Assembly: GCA_032718475.1 (NCBI GenBank)
Contig: JAUCBJ010000200.1
Coordinates: 1-64,000, forward strand
Length of the DNA: 64,000 nt
Direction of reading: 5' to 3'
Source of the DNA: Nemertoderma westbladi
Lineage: Eukaryota; Animalia; Xenacoelomorpha
Below the pieces are notes generated by a model that saw nothing but the letters and a program-made list of their open reading frames with translations, was not told the DNA's origin and ran no database searches. The translations under genes and the position numbers were made by a program. This document shows positions 22,195 to 34,711 of this stretch, one piece after another; position 1 is the first letter of the stretch, and each line of letters begins with the position of its first letter.

Positions 22195-25100
22195 ATGTCT
22201 GATACTAAGCAGAACCTGTCAGACAGTTTATTAGATGTAACTATCTGCGACTCAGATAGAGGCGTAGAACCGTCTAGTCGTAAGTTCAGTTCACCTCCCA
22301 CTGTGAGGAAGGTCATCCCTCCTGTAGTAATAACAGAACCTAGGCTGGTCCAACATCGTAGGTCTATCATAGGCACTCGAGCTCAGGTCAAGCGGGACCA
22401 AGAAGCAGCAGAACAGCAACAACCCGCGAGCCAAGAACTTACTTCTCAACGGCCCAACAGCTCCAGTAGTGAGGATACTGTAGAACTGACACCAGAACGC
22501 GGAGCAAAGATGATGGATGCGGTTTATTCGGATCCCCTTCTCATCCTTCCTGCAGCCGTACTCACTAGGTTATTGATTGCAGTGGAAGAACACCAGATCG
22601 ATTGGGCGAGAAGTCAACGATCAACTAAAGATAATTATGCGGGATACACGAGTGAAGAACTGAAGTCTATTGTCGAGTCGCAATGGAACTTCCCCGGACC
22701 CGGACTCCCGTTTGATTTATCAGAAGCTGCCTGGGAAGACATACATCGGATGGGAGTAGCCAAAGAAACCATAGATCCCGCTGTGTGGAAGAGGTCCGCA
22801 GCCGGATACGCACAGGGATTCTTCAGCTCTATGGAGCGAGTAAAAGGACAACTGTTTCAACAACCACAAGGACCTCAAGAGCAGGGACAACTGCTTTATC
22901 AAGTTAGAGAAAGAATTCTACGAATCAGGCTAATATTATCGGCCTTTGAGGAGGCTTCTAAACGAAGGCAAGACACGTCGTTGCAAGTTGCCGTAAAGAC
23001 TTGGTTTCAAAGGGTGAGTCTCCAGGTTCAAGGAACAGCTCAGTGGAAAGCTCAGCTGGAGGAGCGCTCAACCCATGGAGAATCAACAGACGCTACTTTT
23101 TCCCAAGTGGAAAGTGAAGCGACGGCAGAGAAACCGCATAAGAGGGATGCCATTGACATCTATCTGTCAGACTATCAACGTTTTTTAGGTGATGACGAGT
23201 TGAGGAGAAGGTTAGAGGGACTTAGCCCTAATAGTGAAGGAACCAAGCTTGTGTTGGATGCCATCGATGTGGAAATGAGGGCTGCGAATCAGGCTAAATT
23301 TGATGAACAACTCCGCATCACACGAGTCCAAGAAGAACAAGTAAAGAAAAAACGTATAGAAGACAGAAAGAAAGCAGCAGTGGTAGCTGCAGAAGCAGAA
23401 AGAAAGGCGGCAGCGGCCAAGGCAAAAGCGGCAGAGGCAGCGGCCAAGGCAAAAGCGGCAGAGGCAGCGGCAGAGGCAAAAGCGGCAGAGGCAGCGGCAG
23501 AGGCAGAGGCAAAAGTGGCAGAAGCAGAACGGAAAGCGGCTGAAGAAACCACCCAATTAGAATTGGAAAACATTCAGGAGAATCAAGACTGCATAAATAA
23601 ACAGTTAGCAGCTAGTAATATGCAGATGATGAATCGATCTACTCCCAAAAGACAGGGATATACATCATCTGAGGAAGGCGATACCACCGATACTGAAGGC
23701 AAAGGAAATAGATCTCGTCTAAGCAGACGTAAAAGAACATTCCACCGTCAGAAATTGCCTGATTTGCCTCCAGCTGTTAGAAGGCAACTAAATAACACCA
23801 ACTTAGGTAGTACAGAGCCCACAGACCAAATAATTAAAATAGAAAGACTCCCTACTATAGTAGATGAGCCTGAAATAATTAGGCCTGTTCTTGAAATCAC
23901 CCCTTCGGTGATAGACACACCTGTGCTCCCTGAAACTACCTCTAAATTCCCTCTGCATAGCACTAAGCTACCTGTGCCCCGTAGAACTGCCCAGGAGACA
24001 GTTCAGGTCCTGGACCCCGAGCGAAATATTCCTGATTTGTCGCCCGTTGTCCCTCGTCCGCTCGCTACAACGTTGGCGACTCCCGCTTCGGCGGTCGAAT
24101 GGGTGGACGAGAGACGGCGGGGGATGGATCTCCTGCTCGGGCAGATGCAGGAGACGGTTCAGCAATTCAAGGGCACAGTAAGGGAAAGTAGGCTTGAGTT
24201 GCAAGAAGTGCAGCAAAGTATCGCGCTAGAACGCGATAAATTAGTAAATACACAAAGGGGTATACCACCACCCCCTGTAACAATGTGTCAACCTGTTAGG
24301 TCTGAAGTATCTCATGCGCAAGGTGTGGAGCCTACACGCATATATACTGCTAGCGAAGTAGAAACTCCTATAGTGAACCCTATTAAGGGTAATTATAGAC
24401 TTGTTGATAATGACATTCCCTATAGAACTGATCATAATCCGAGAAATTTATATACCGATAACTCGATATTAAATAACACGATGGCCCAAGAAAGTTTTAC
24501 GCGTCAAATGGCTAGAACCGAAGCCCGGCAAGCGGTAAAGGTGGGAGAGATCGTCAAGTTCAATGGAGATGAGATGAAATGGTTACCTTTTAATGAATAT
24601 TACAAAGATAACATACAGAACTCTGTACTATCTAATGGAGAAAAACTTAGATACCTCATCGAGTGCTTGGAAGGATCTCCCAAGTTAATGGCGTTAAAGT
24701 TTATTGGACATCCAGACGGATTAAGACAAGTTTGGGATACACTAAACATCAGGTATGGTAATAGGAATAACATCGCTGGGTATTTGTATGCAAAGTTGGT
24801 AGCGCCCCGAAAGTTTATTAGCAGCGGAATTATCAGAGTTTTCCGATGAGATTCAGGAGATCTGTAGACAATTAGATTGGCTAGGTAAGTCTCAGGAGTA
24901 TCAGAATGCTATGGTTATTAGAGCAGTGGCTTCTACTTTACCGAAGGGTGGAGTAGGTACACGCTGGGATAAGAAAGTGTTATATATGATGGAACAACAA
25001 CGACGAGACCCTACCATGGCTGATCTCATGTCATTCCTAGATGGAGAAGTGAAATTACAGCTCCTAAGGCAGTCCAGAGAGAAGACACTGGAAAACAAGG

Positions 25101-27133
25101 TAAGTGAGAAACCCGTTTCTAGGAGAAGGGTAACACCAGTGTGTTATACAGACGACGGCGAAAGCCAGACTTCTCAAGGAGAGGATAGCGGGAAAGACAC
25201 TGAAAGATCTTATTATGTCAATAAAACGCCTAAAGACCAGGTAAGTAAATTCAAGTCTCGAACCAATGACAGGAGAGAACAGGTAAGAAAAACTCCTCCT
25301 ACGTCTCCCAAGAGAATTCAGGTGAGAAAGCCCGAGGAAAGAACGAACGTGCACCACACAGCACATGTTAAAGTAAGTAACATCAAGCCCAAATGTGTGC
25401 TGTGCGACGGGCCCCACCGTTTAAATGCGTGTGATAAATTCCTGAGGAAATCACTAAAGGATAGACGTGAAGTCATGTGGGATAAGCGGTTGTGTTATAA
25501 TTGCCTCAGACGAGGACACCAACGGCGAACCTGTTACTCCGACGCAAGGTGTGCAAAGTGCGGTGCGAAACATCATATCTTGTTGCACACTGAATTCGAG
25601 CGAAATAGTCCGAGTCAGGTGAGTGATTCCGAACTACATGTCCAATTCAGTGATGTGAACGACACTGATCAATCTGAGATGGAAGGATTCTATACGGACG
25701 AGTTCTCCGACGAAAACGAATCCTGTTACTTAATAAACACCACCGCAGTGTATCGAGCACTCATGTATGAGAAAGACACAGACAGCGACCTCACCCTAAC
25801 TACTTCAGATCAACAACAATCTTGGAAAGCGCCAACTTCAAATGTAGGAATCCGAGAATTTCCTGTAGTCCAGTTACGGGTCCACGGACCTCAGAAGAGC
25901 TATATAGTGAACGCCCTCCTGGACTCCGGCAGCACAGGAACATTCATCGATAAAGAACTAGCCGAAGACATCTTTGCTGGACAACCCAAGTTCCGAACCA
26001 AGCTAAACATGTCAGGGATCATGCAGGTTTGGAAATCTGCTGTGGCTGCCGACTATTATATAGGTGAGTTGTCCACTCCACAGGATAAACTAGGAGAACA
26101 CAGTATAAGGTCAGTCAAAATGGTGGCAATAAAGAACTTCGCTACCACCCAAGTGGAACCTTATAATTGGGACGAAGATGATCATGCCCAACAACTTAAC
26201 ATTCCTAGATTCGACACCGATTATCCTGGAGTACAAATATTAATCGGTCAAAACGCGCATGAGGCGCTGGAGACATTAGAGAAACGACCTGCTCAACCGC
26301 AACCACTTCAGACCTATGCGGTAAGAACTAGAGTAGGTTGGTACCTTACTGGACCTTCCCGTAGAACGCTCAGAGAAAGACTGCTTCAAGATCGCGTCTG
26401 CCAGGTGAGTGAATGGGAAGATGATACTAGTGAGGGAGACGACCCAACTGAGGGAACACCATACTCCTCAGATAATGACGATATTAGCTCCAATGTAGAT
26501 CAATGGAGATATTGCCCCAAGAAGTTTAATCCAACTGACATCGCTTCCAGAGGAGCAACTCCTCAAGAACTGACAGATACTACAGACCGGTTAGGTGAAC
26601 CCGACTTCCTGAGTAAGGAGGATGAATGGCCTCCCCATCTTACTCCGACTGAGATTAGACCAGCCAAGGGAGCGGAGAAAGTCAAACCTAAAACCCGGAC
26701 GGGTGGATCGGAGTTATTTGAACCCGGGATAGATCTGTCGGTATTACATATTGCCAGGGACGACGCCGTGGATCTGGACCTCCCCACCGCGAGTGGATCC
26801 TTCATGAAGATCAGAGAGAGCGATTGGAGCTCTGGAACATCAGACGTCTCGCAGGGACTCTCACCTCTCCTGCAGGGAGCGACGGACCACTATAGCTCCT
26901 GGAATCGGCTTTGTAAGGCCGTCGTGTACCTAGAGCGATGTTTCTATCGTCACTATTCCAGGACGAAGAGGAAACCTGGAATTGTATTCGGGATGCAGCG
27001 ACTCAATCACCCAGTCGGTCGTTTGTGTTTACCGGAAGGGAATGGAGGACTCTCCGGAAACTGTGGAAGGCAAGATTCTCTTCCCACGACCACCTCCCTA
27101 ATCCTTCAAACATCTAGGGACTCCATAACGTAA
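22195..27133 (+). CDS. gag-pro: Gag-protease polyprotein of copy 1, split by a 1-nt insertion near 24834
   Basis: ORFs 22195-24849 and 24911-27133 are colinear with the single 1408-aa ORF of copy 2; DUF1759-like Gag core (KFNGDEMKWLPF..EKLRYLIECLEG), CVLCDGPHRLNAC, CYNCLRRGHQRRTC, CAKCGAKHHILLH, ALLDSGSTGTFI. Confidence 0.88.
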
Positions 27134-27678
27134 CAACATATGGAGTGGGTGTGTGACTCTATTATTTTATATTATTTTATTATTTTTATATTTATGTATG
27201 TATTACTATGTAATTTTATTATAATCGTTTTATTTAATTTAGTAGAATATTATTTAGCGATTATTTAGTAGAATAGTGCAATATATTCGTGTTTATTGCG
27301 TACGTAATTACTTATATTATATTTAGTGCGACGGCGAAGAAATAATTATTTTTCTCTTTCCTTACTGTCCGTATTATATTATAAATACGTAACTACAGTA
27401 AGATGAAATGTCCGTACTTATTAAAGTACAATAAAGCCACTACTATATTAAAGTATTATTGGTAGGCAGAGTATTAGGAATGCAAAGTTCAGATCCTCGT
27501 GTCTCGGCTAAACCAAGCTCTGGGTAGACCTTGGAAACGACTTGCCTCTTCACACTGACATTGCTTCGTGCGATATTGCTCTCATACCGTATATTAAATA
27601 ATACATATAGTAGCGTGATGTCCCTTTAACAGTAGCGTATAACGCAAAATAAATCTGTTAAACCCTTTGACCATCTGT

Positions 27679-27970
27679 AATTCTAGTCGATTAAGATATC
27701 GCGGCACCCACCGATATACTTGAAAGACAAATTCTAGAATCAGTGGTTAACGTCCCCAGACAAGTTCTGGAATAAATCGGTGCCCATCTCAAATATTAAT
27801 TATTTAATATTTGCAAATCTAATAAATCAAAATCTGTAAAATTCAGATCCTTCAACAATTCTAGTCAATTAAGATATCGTAGCATTTACCGATATTCTTA
27901 AAAGGACAATTTCATAGAATTAAGGATCTTGTGTCCCCAGACATGTTCTAGAATCAAAATATGTCCATTT
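27679..27970 (+). ncRNA. Duplicated long stem-loop (possible pseudoknot) between pro and the accessory ORF
   Basis: attctag..gtc..ttaag.atatcg-loop-cgatat.ctt(g/a)a..gac..ctagaat occurs twice; loop GGCACC is complementary to downstream GGTGCC in the first copy; conserved in element copy 2. Confidence 0.5.
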
Positions 27971-28779
27971 AATTATCAAATAATAAAATTTCAGGGAATA
28001 AATTTAAATTCATGCCTTTTAATGAATTTAATAAATTGCCATTTTTACGCAATTTATAACATTCCCAAAATTCCATTAATTAATAGATCAAGGGAGCGGA
28101 GATTTATCTTATTATGCAGTATGAGTGTGCGAAAGTCTCCCAAACATAGTCAATAGCCGATAAAATTCATAAAGTCATGTATAAAACAGGACATTGACTA
28201 TTAAAGAATTACTATTAAATAACATCCCAGATCTGTATGCATTGGAATTACCCTAATTCTACCGCTAGCTTTGCATAATGTCACCATGGCAACAACCACG
28301 CTAGAATTAGAATTGAGTTAAAAGAACAATAGAAAGCTTGTCCCATTGAATAGCATAGGGAATAAATAGCGCACTGCTAGTATCCAAGGATACATAATAA
28401 TACAGTGACATTCTGGAAGGCATTGACTAACGGACAAATGGCCCGAATGTGCGTAGTTGTGACCAGTTGTGTGGTATTTGTGAGTTTATAGGTGAATGTT
28501 ACTGCTAAAGTGTGTTTACAGTAGCTAGTCGCAATCGTGAAAGTAACCTAACTCTCCAAGGAAAACCTGAAGTACATCTAAGCCTTTGGGACGGACAGTG
28601 GAGTGACTTGTGCCGGTTGTCGTTGTCGTTGTGCGGCTACGTCGTTGGCGAAAGTACAGCGGCGACAACACATCGGCGCTGAGGATCTCGCACTGTCCGG
28701 GGGCTGATTGGGGTAGGCAGCGACGCCCGCTCGCCTAAATATAAACTCATTATAATATGGATAAATTTATATAGCAGAT

Positions 28780-29910
28780 ATGATTGAGTTGATAGAAGAT
28801 GATCTTGGTATCAGGGAGCGATATACTCTACCTTTACAAGCGTTTGTTGATAGCTTGATACACGGCGACGCTGGTCCAACTGCTGCGGAGGACGATGATC
28901 GTTATATCGAACCGCCAATGTCCCAAGAGCAGCTCACGCGTGAGTTGGACTATAAGAAATTCACCGCTCGCTATACGCATCGTAATGGTACGTATGTGGA
29001 CTTCTTAACTACTGGTCATCCTATCGATTTACACGATACGGACAATGTCGACACCAAAAGGGAAATGGTACGATTGAAATATCCTACCCAGCGGAGGCGG
29101 AACGATAAACCGAGAATGGAACACGAGAATTCTATTCGAAACAGACTCGAAAGAGAAGACGTTGAGGAGCCGGATAAACGCAGCGACTTCAACGATTATC
29201 TGGAATTCCTGATAGAAACATATCTCAATATTGCCAGTCAACAAAATCTAGAAACTCGATATCCTCAAGGTATACATCATGACCGCATGGTAGAACTCAA
29301 ACGGCTCGATTCCCCTATGATGTATCTTACCGCCGATCGACCGCTACCTGTTGTACCGAATAGCTTCGAACGGATGGAGGAATATTGTAAGCTGGAGAAA
29401 GATCACTCGCGTTTCCCCTACAAGACGTACGTTTTTGGGTATTATTGCGATGAATGCCCAAGACCCAACCAACAAACGGAAAGACATAAACATCCGCGGA
29501 GACGTTGCTTTAAACACGGTTTTACTCGCTATACTTACGGGAGTTTCGAGCGAAACTTGTTCAATGTATCACCTACGCTCGTTCGACTCAGACGATCCTT
29601 AAATAAACCAATGATCAGAGTTTCGGAATACTCGATCAGAGCTCCTCATTCCCTAGTGAGGCCTCAGACTCTTGATCCTATTAGTATGACGGATCCTCCC
29701 GAGCTGTACTCACTGCTCAAAGATCTAGTGTTACCTGAACGATTAGACGGTGGCACCCCAGTTGTGGGTTTCTTAGATATTAGCCCATCCTACCTAGCCG
29801 GATTGGGACGCGGACATTTAATATCGCCGTTTAACCCTTACCATCGTCCCGGCTTGACACGATATAACCTGTCACCAGAGTGGCGGAGAACGTTGTACCA
29901 AAAGAGATAG
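28780..29910 (+). CDS. Accessory ORF of the LTR element (376 aa, unknown function, CDEC..HKH..CFKH motif)
   Basis: Sense ORF in the env position; homologous decayed copy at 33379-34711; no signal peptide or TM helix evident. Confidence 0.7.
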   Translation: MIELIEDDLGIRERYTLPLQAFVDSLIHGDAGPTAAEDDDRYIEPPMSQEQLTRELDYKKFTARYTHRNGTYVDFLTTGHPIDLHDTDNVDTKREMVRLKYPTQRRRNDKPRMEHENSIRNRLEREDVEEPDKRSDFNDYLEFLIETYLNIASQQNLETRYPQGIHHDRMVELKRLDSPMMYLTADRPLPVVPNSFERMEEYCKLEKDHSRFPYKTYVFGYYCDECPRPNQQTERHKHPRRRCFKHGFTRYTYGSFERNLFNVSPTLVRLRRSLNKPMIRVSEYSIRAPHSLVRPQTLDPISMTDPPELYSLLKDLVLPERLDGGTPVVGFLDISPSYLAGLGRGHLISPFNPYHRPGLTRYNLSPEWRRTLYQKR

Positions 29911-30324
29911 ACGCTATTCTACAAAGATCAGAAAAGAAATCTATGTTTGCTCAGATAAACCTAAATTATAACAGCAAGTCCAAGCGGTAAACGATATTGA
30001 ACTTGGACGACCCTATTCTCGGTGAGAGTTTTAGACGAACGTATCCAACGATGAGAGGAGGAAAATCAGCTCGAGGAGAAACATATTGAAACGGCGGATA
30101 CCCCGACTATAATCCCACGCCTTCTGATGCAATCATATTGCACCCTTCACCCAGGAGTGATAGCCCTCCTTGTAAAGTGGCTCGCCCCAAAGAGAAAAAG
30201 ACTCTTGCTAGCTTTAAAAAACTGCGTAAACGCCGTCTGCGCAAGAAAGACTAACTGTTTAGAGTATTCTCGTATTTTAGAAACTGTGATTTTGTATATT
30301 TTATAGACTTAAATCCCATTTTCT

Positions 30325-30332
30325 GGGAGCAG
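30325..30332 (+). promoter_or_regulatory. Polypurine tract
   Basis: GGGAGCAG immediately before the 3' LTR (GGGAGCGG in copy 2). Confidence 0.65.
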
Positions 30333-31509
30333 TGTAAAAGCTTTTGTGGGATAACTGATTCGTTTGCTTTGCTAACCAGTTCCCCCCAAGACGCTGGAAT
30401 ACTCTAAAAGGGATCTCTAGCTCGAATAGTGCAAGCTACCGGCTGATTGGCTGATTTGCTGTACGAAGGGATCTGGGCTATGTTCGATCGTCCAACCAGC
30501 TTGGGAAGGTTGCCCCACAGCCCTGCTTTCTGTACCTGCCAATAGGATTTGAGTTGGTTTTGATTTCGACCTATCACAGATCTACTGAACTGAATTTTCC
30601 TATCTGTATGCTCATTCTCTGTGGTGGGTGGAAGCCTTTGTAAATAAGGTTATTCTTATCAGTTCAGTGTTATGTTTTTTGCCCAGAGCCTAAGAACCGG
30701 CTTTTGGCACCTCCGTGTTTTCAGTTTTTAGTCTTACACTAGTAGGCTTAATTATAAGGACATATATCCGTTATCATAACATAACATAACTAAACATAAC
30801 ATACCATACCTAATCAAACAACCTGTGCATACTTTATATTGTTATACTGCTATTTACTGTCAGTTCTTCATAATATGGTTGATGAATTATTATATTTGGA
30901 ATAACGATAAATAACCCGAAAACCCAATATTCTTGATATACCGAAGGTAAGAGAGAAAGGTTACATATAACGATTGTGACTTATGTTAAAGTGGTTTGAA
31001 GTGAATCTAATGTTATTTGATAGACCCTACATGATTCGGTCCGTGTTCCTTTTATATGTGGCTAAAATCAGTGAAGATCGGCAGATCAGTGTGCAGTATT
31101 GTGCAGCATTGTGTATGAGTGAGACTGATAACGAAGCATTTCCTAAAGAATGCGCCATATATGTGAATTATAACTAAGCCATATCGTTGTGAGTAGTTTA
31201 AGTCATAACTCTGTTTATATAGGTAGAGCGCCACGTCCTAAAGGAACTGTTAATATTTCCCGAAGGTGAATAATATTGTCAGAGATTATATAATACTGTC
31301 AGTCGAATAAGACATTAGGCCTACATAGCAATACGATTAAGCCGTCGAACCCAATCTCCCGGGTATATCCAGCGGGTGAATGATCGCGCACAGATTGGTT
31401 TCGACTAGTGTAGTGAATCAAATACTTGTCATAGGCTAAAAGCGAATTATTATCTAGAAGACATCCTAATTTGGCGGGTTAAACTGCCAAAGGTCTGAAA
31501 GCGCGAACA
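30333..31509 (+). repeat. 3' LTR of copy 1
   Basis: Direct repeat of 18772-19948. Confidence 0.95.
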
Positions 31510-32081
31510 ATAAACGGTCACTTTACCAAATCAGGCAAAGGAGCAGGTTACAGATTTTCAAACCACGCGGGATTTTCTAACCAAAACAACCGGTCAGCCG
31601 GTAGGCCTACCAGTACCGTATTTAAATGGTAGGCTACACAGTAGGCCTACAGCAGTACCGGTGCCGGTTCCGGTACTAAAATACAGAAATGCCTGCTTTA
31701 TACCTACATCTGTACATACAATACAGCAAAATAGTGCTATATATACTAATACCGGTACTGATAGCCTGAGAGAACAGCAGTAGAGAAACCGGTAGCATGG
31801 AACCTAACATTAGATTTTTGGAGGACATAAAAAAAATAAAAAAAAATGACAAAAAAAGGATTTAAACGGACAATAAAAATTATTGCGTATAATTGTACTG
31901 GCGGAAAGGGTGGCAGATTAGTTCTGGCACCTATATTTTAGCGGTAAATTCAAATCTGTTTTAACATTGAATACATGAATAGAGTAAGACTTAAAATGTA
32001 ATTCATTGAATCAGAATAAATTATTTCTTACCGGTTTAACTCACTCATCCGTTATTGTTGTTGTTTTATCTATTCTGGGAC

Positions 32082-33300
32082 TGTTCGCGCTTTCAGACCA
32101 TTGGCAGTTTAACCCGCCAAATTAAGATGTCTTCTAGATATTAAATCGCTTTTTAGCCTATGACAAGTATTTGATTCACTACACTAGTCGAAACCAATCC
32201 GTGCGCGACCATTCACCCGCTGGATATTCCCGGGAGATTGGGTTCGACGGTTTAATTTTGTTGCTATGTAAGCCTAATGTATTATTCGACTGACAGTATT
32301 ATATAATCTCTGACAATATTATTCACCTTCGGTAATATTAACAGTTCCTTTAGGACGTGGCGCTTTATCTATAAACAGAGTTATGACTTAAACTACTCAC
32401 AACGATATGGCTTAATTATAATTCACATATATGGCGCATTCTTTAGGAATTGCTTCTTTAACAGACTCACTCATACACAATGCTGCACAATACTGCACAC
32501 TAATCTGCCAATCTTCACTGATTTTAGTCACATATAAAAGGAACACAGGCTGACTCATGTAGGGTCTATCAAATAACATTGGATTCACTTCAAACCACTT
32601 TAACATAAGTCACAATCGTTATTGGTAACCTTTCTCTCTTACCTTCGGTATATCAAGAATATTGGGTTTCGGGGTTGTTTATCGTTATTCCAAATATAAT
32701 AATTCATCAACCATATTATGAAGAACTGACAGTAAATAGCAGTATAAAACAACAACTGAACACTGATTGTTATGAGTTTGCAATGTTTCAGCAGTCAGTA
32801 TGTATGATCAGTTAGCAGTGATTCCATGAGTTTTATCGGTACGTCAGTTAAAGGATATATGCCCTTTATAATTAAACCTACTAGTGTAAGACTAAAAACT
32901 GAAACACGGAGGTGCCAAAGCCGGTTCTTAGGCTCTGGGCAAAAACATAACACTGAACTACTGAGTTTCTGTATATACCTCCAACACAAAGACAACAAAC
33001 GCTCTGATTGGTCAACCTGAACAACGAGAGAACAGAGAAACAAAGAAACGTCGACGTGGCAATATCAGCTGCTAGCTGTCGTCATGGTAGCGACACTGTT
33101 TTCAAGAGTATCGAGCTTTTACGTCACTGAATTACGGATTATGTCCTCTAAAGTACAAATACAGAAGAAATAGCTCTTATGTCCGCTAAAACACCAGTAC
33201 AGCAAGGACACGGCCTTTTTATGCCTGGTAAACCAACTACAGAGTACTTTACGGGAAAAATAAGGAAAAATAACCGGACAATTCAGTAAAAGCTTTTACA
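32082..33300 (-). repeat. 3' LTR of copy 2
   Basis: Direct repeat of 46804-48022; preceded on the minus strand by a PPT. Confidence 0.95.
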
Positions 33301-33378
33301 CCGCTCCCAGAAAATGGGATTTTCAGTCTATAAAATATAAAAATCACAGTTTCTAAAACATAAAGATACTCTAAACAG

Positions 33379-34711
33379 TTAGTCTTTCTTACGCAGACGG
33401 CGTTTACGCAGTTTTTTGAGGCTAGCAAGAGTCTTTTTCTCTTTGGGGGGAGCCACTTTACTAGGAGGGCCATAACTCCTGGGTGAAGGGTGCAATATGA
33501 TTGCATCAGAAGGTGTAGGATTGTGGTCGGGGTATCCGCCGTTTCGATATGCTTCTCCTCGAGCTGATTTTCCTCCGCTCGTAGCTGGATACGTTCATCC
33601 AAAAACTCTCGCAGAGAATGGGGTTGTCTAAGTGCGATATCTTCTTAGAGATTCTGGATTTCACAATCGAACTGAGATAAAGACAATTCGTTTATCGATT
33701 GGACTTACTGTTATAACTTACGTTTATCTGAACAAACGCAGGTTTCTTTTTTGATCTTTATAGAATAGCGTTTAACTCGTTTCGTACAACGCTCTCCTTC
33801 ACTTTGATGAAGGGTTGTATCGCGTTAAACGGGACGACCATACGGTTGGATAATGATATTAGGTGTCTGCGTCATAATCCAGCTAGGTAAGATGGGCGGC
33901 TAGCTAGAAATCACTGTCGGAGTGTTACCGATTAATTGTTAGGGTAGCACTAGATCTTTGAACAGTGAATACAGTCCGCGAGGATCCGCGACACCACCAG
34001 GATCGCAGGTCTGAGGTCCAACTAAGGAATGAGGAGGTTTGACCGAGTATTCCGGGACTCTGATCGTAGGTTTACTCTAGGATCGTTAGAGCCGAGTGAG
34101 CATAGGTGATACGTCAAACAAGTTTCGCTCGAAACTCCAGTAAATATAACGAACACAACTGTATTTAACACAACGTTTCCGTGGATGTTTATGTCTTTCC
34201 GTTTATTGGCTGGGTCTAGGGCATTTACCGTAATAATACCCAAGACGCACGTCTGGTAGGGGAAACGCGGATGATATTTATTTGTAGTTACAATGATTCT
34301 ATCAAGAATTCCAAATATATGTTGGAGTTACCGCGTTTATTTGTTTCTTTAATGTCTTTTCTTTCGAGCCGATTTCGAATAGAATTTTCGCATTCGAATT
34401 TCAGTTTATGGTTCAGACTCCGCTGGGCAGGATATATAGTCGACATAGTCCGTATTGTGTAAATCGATAGAATGGTCAATGGTTAAGAAGTCCATATACA
34501 TACCATTACAATGCGTGTAGCGAGCAGCGAATTTTCTATAGTCCAACTCTCGCGAGAGCTGCACTTGGGACATTGTCGGTTCGATATAACGACCATCGTC
34601 CTCCGCAGCAGTTAGACTAACGTCACCGCGTATTAAGCTATCAACAAACGCTTGCAAAAGTAGAGTATATCGCTCCCCGATACCAAGACCATCTTCTATC
34701 AACTCCGTCAT
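33379..34711 (-). pseudogene. Decayed accessory ORF of copy 2
   Basis: MTELIEDGLGIGERYTL.. is homologous to 28780-30254, with frameshifts and deletions. Confidence 0.75.

Larger units (their letters stand above)
18772..31509 (+). mobile_element. BEL/Pao-type LTR retrotransposon, non-autonomous (Gag-protease plus accessory ORF), copy 1
   Basis: 1177-bp TG..CA LTRs differing at about 2 sites seen; 5-bp TSD ATAAA (18767-18771, 31510-31514); BEL-type triple Cys/His Gag motifs, LLDSGS protease, RNase H tail WRYCPKKFNPTDIASRG; no RT or integrase. Confidence 0.93.

Noticed and set aside
22237-23107. Gag N-terminal block as a GT-AG intron lost in copy 2
   Set aside because: Splicing GTAACT..CCCAAG would shift the frame and does not reproduce the copy 2 junction; the block is itself an open frame
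24820-24911. Programmed ribosomal frameshift between the 884-aa and 740-aa ORFs
   Set aside because: Copy 2 is continuous here (ATT ATA GAG); copy 1 has one extra C (ATT ATC AGAG) in the middle of the Gag core with no slippery heptamer, so this is a private mutation or sequencing error
28780-29910. env gene
   Set aside because: No signal peptide, transmembrane helix or fusion-protein cysteine pattern
33249-33602. 117-aa ORF (MDERIQL..) as a separate gene
   Set aside because: Non-ATG start, a stop in copy 1, and inter-copy changes are non-synonymous in this frame but synonymous in the adjacent frame
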